A stretch of 64,000 nt of DNA from Minisyncoccota bacterium (GTDB lineage: Bacteria; Patescibacteriota; Minisyncoccia; Phycocordibacterales; Phycocordibacteraceae): the NCBI GenBank assembly GCA_017991635.1, contig JAGOQE010000002.1:35018-99017 (forward strand), in the 5' to 3' direction. The first letter of the stretch is position 1, and each line of letters starts with the position of its first letter. The notes beneath the pieces were generated by a model. The model ran no database searches and was not told the DNA's origin. It worked only from the letters and a program-made list of their open reading frames with translations. Shown here in pieces: positions 62,401-64,000 of this stretch. A program made the position numbers and the translations under genes.

Positions 62401-63027
62401 CTAGAGCAAGATGGCTTGAGTCATGAATAATGTTCCGGCAATAAGTGGAAGGGCGAGATTGTCGAGGCCTTTATCTAGAGAAAGCTCAAGCGCGGTAAGA
62501 ATCAGTGGAATAAAAAGAAGGTGGAGCCCGAGAGTGGGTATGAAGCAAAACGTAATAACAAACGTTGTTAGAAAAAATACCAGAGACCCTTCGACACTTT
62601 TTGTTGCTCCCCATACCTTTAGTGGATGTTTTCCAAAATACTCTCCAACTATGCCAGCAAGAGCATCCGCAATACCCATGATAAGTACACCAGCTTGAAA
62701 TGCCATGAGTGAGTGTGGCAGTACTACAAAGGCAGACAACGCAACACCAAGAGGCAGATACACTTCTCCGTACGTGTGCCTCTCAACGCTGTGTAGTGAA
62801 CGCAGTATTTTGTATTTCTTACTTACATAAAGAAGTAGAGCAAGGAAAACACAGATGTATACAAAAAGTAGATGTGAGACATATAAGGGAGCAATCACCG
62901 CCACTATGGACGTGCCTATGTGTGCCCCTCTTCTGGTGAGCGTTGTAGCTACCTTGTGTCGGCGTTTACCGTATTCAGCCATTGCAATACATGCACCTGA
63001 AATCAGTAAGAGTACAAAAATCTCCAT
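62401..63027 (-). CDS. CTP-dependent cytidylyltransferase/kinase-like membrane protein (CdsA/dolichol-kinase superfamily)
   Basis: Polytopic. The C-terminal motif DALAGIVGEYFGKHPL...KSVEGS resembles the CdsA/DUF46 signature. Confidence 0.4.
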   Translation of the reverse strand: MEIFVLLLISGACIAMAEYGKRRHKVATTLTRRGAHIGTSIVAVIAPLYVSHLLFVYICVFLALLLYVSKKYKILRSLHSVERHTYGEVYLPLGVALSAFVVLPHSLMAFQAGVLIMGIADALAGIVGEYFGKHPLKVWGATKSVEGSLVFFLTTFVITFCFIPTLGLHLLFIPLILTALELSLDKGLDNLALPLIAGTLFMTQAILL

Positions 63028-63029
63028 AA

Positions 63030-63851
63030 TTACAGTCTAAAGGTAAAAGCAGAGTATTCTCTGAATATAGTCAGGTCCTCTGTAGGAAATTTATGCACGC
63101 CATTCCCCTTTCGTATGAGTGCGTAGATTATTGTCTTATATCTGCGCGCAAGCGCGTCCTTGTGTAGTCTGTACGCAAGCGCTCTTCCTAGCCCTTTCCC
63201 TTGATATGAGGGTTTAAGTGCAATCGTTTTGCAGATGAGTGTTTTTTCGTCTTCGCGGCCTGTACTTAAAAATCCCACAATGGTCTTGCCTTTGTAGAGG
63301 AGATACAGCGAGTTCATGTAGGTGCTTAACTTTTGTTTTGCGTACAGTTCGAGAAAGGCCGTAGGGCTTAGTGGTGTGTAAGCGAAACTATTTGAAAATG
63401 CTTCAAGGGAAATCTCGTACAGTGCTTGTGCTATATCCTCCGATACATGTGTCACTTCTTCTATGCGTACACCTTGCGTCATTAATTGAATTTGAGTCCC
63501 GGGCCCAAGTATGGGTATGAGAAAGCTAAACGCTTTTCTTAGAGCAGAGAGGTACTGAATCTCTTCTTGCGGAAGCTTTCCAAGCAGGAGGTGGTGATAG
63601 TACTCTTTTGAAAGTGGCTCAGAAGTAACGTAGGGTGTCCCGTCAGAATATGATACGCAACGGTATGAGTGCCAAATACTTCCTTGTATAGGTCCCTTAA
63701 GTGTTTCAATTCTCTCGTTGCGGGCTTTCTCTAAAAGCGCACCCCACAGTAGTTCAAATATCTCTTTGCTCTCGGGGAAATCCATAAAGCCAAAGAATGC
63801 TTCTGTCTTTGGTAGGCGGACATCCTTTATAAGAGCGATGTGTCCCACCAT
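63030..63851 (-). CDS. GNAT-family N-acetyltransferase domain protein
   Basis: Motif A LKPSYQGKGLGRALAY. The frame stays open upstream of the ATG to the window edge, so the gene may extend further. Confidence 0.5.
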   Translation of the reverse strand: MVGHIALIKDVRLPKTEAFFGFMDFPESKEIFELLWGALLEKARNERIETLKGPIQGSIWHSYRCVSYSDGTPYVTSEPLSKEYYHHLLLGKLPQEEIQYLSALRKAFSFLIPILGPGTQIQLMTQGVRIEEVTHVSEDIAQALYEISLEAFSNSFAYTPLSPTAFLELYAKQKLSTYMNSLYLLYKGKTIVGFLSTGREDEKTLICKTIALKPSYQGKGLGRALAYRLHKDALARRYKTIIYALIRKGNGVHKFPTEDLTIFREYSAFTFRL

Positions 63852-64000
63852 TCCTTCATCAGAAACGACGCGAATTGGAAAGAATGAAATTGAAGGCTCG
63901 GTGAGTACATATCGGTACGCCGTGAGGGAATCGTGTATTGCGTACTCCGCACCTCGCTGGCCTTGGTAGTTCCTTCTTAAGAAAGATTCGTACCCATCTG

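Noticed and set aside
1-64000. CRISPR arrays, transposases, integrases and rRNA genes
   Set aside because: I scanned both strands for regularly spaced direct repeats, DDE/tyrosine-recombinase-like ORFs and rRNA-like segments. Nothing convincing turned up. The only tRNA is tRNA-Glu at 20458..20529.

Overview
The window reads as about 50% GC bacterial chromosome with compact, mostly housekeeping gene content, probably from a small-genome Patescibacteria/CPR-like organism. That guess rests on an archaeal-type AspRS, a short ProRS, a reduced division/cell-wall (dcw) cluster lacking murD, and many small hypothetical membrane proteins. I recognise: a GH57/GT4/GtrA glycan module; an ABC-2 transporter; three adjacent surface proteins; frr, rseP, proS, mreBCD-mrdA and greA; the first half of a dcw cluster (mraZ-rsmH-ftsL-ftsI-murF); tRNA-Glu(CUC); a P2-type ATPase; rmuC, rplU, recR, dnaB, cysS, a corA-like gene, ctpA, rplI and rpmA; a DnaQ-like exonuclease, a LOG-family gene, an MsbA-like exporter, an HhH-GPD glycosylase, an M23 peptidase and gltX; the second half of the dcw cluster on the opposite strand (dacA-like, mraY, ftsW, an unknown gene, murG); scpB, uppP, scpA, pepA, aspS, rdgB and trpS; a standalone ClpX zinc-finger protein; a CdsA-like membrane protein; and a GNAT. 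No CRISPR array, transposase or integrase was seen. The most unusual stretch is a tRNA-Glu-anchored accessory region (about 20.4-27.9 kb) that separates the two dcw halves. It contains a membrane cytochrome-b5/beta-propeller fusion, a Cys/His-repeat membrane protein, and two strikingly GC-rich ORFs (24529..25596, 355 aa; 26975..27277, 100 aa). Each GC-rich ORF is packaged as an autonomous cassette, with a host-type AT-rich promoter, a Shine-Dalgarno (SD) site and an intrinsic terminator, and the two cassettes lie on either side of truB. A third autonomous cargo gene (27429..27857) sits next to them, and a further GC-rich orphan gene lies at 14784..15197. None of these proteins matches a family I can name from sequence alone, so they are the best candidates for an undescribed module. 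All GC statements are by-eye estimates. Hand-derived coordinates for non-ORF features may be off by 1-2 nt.
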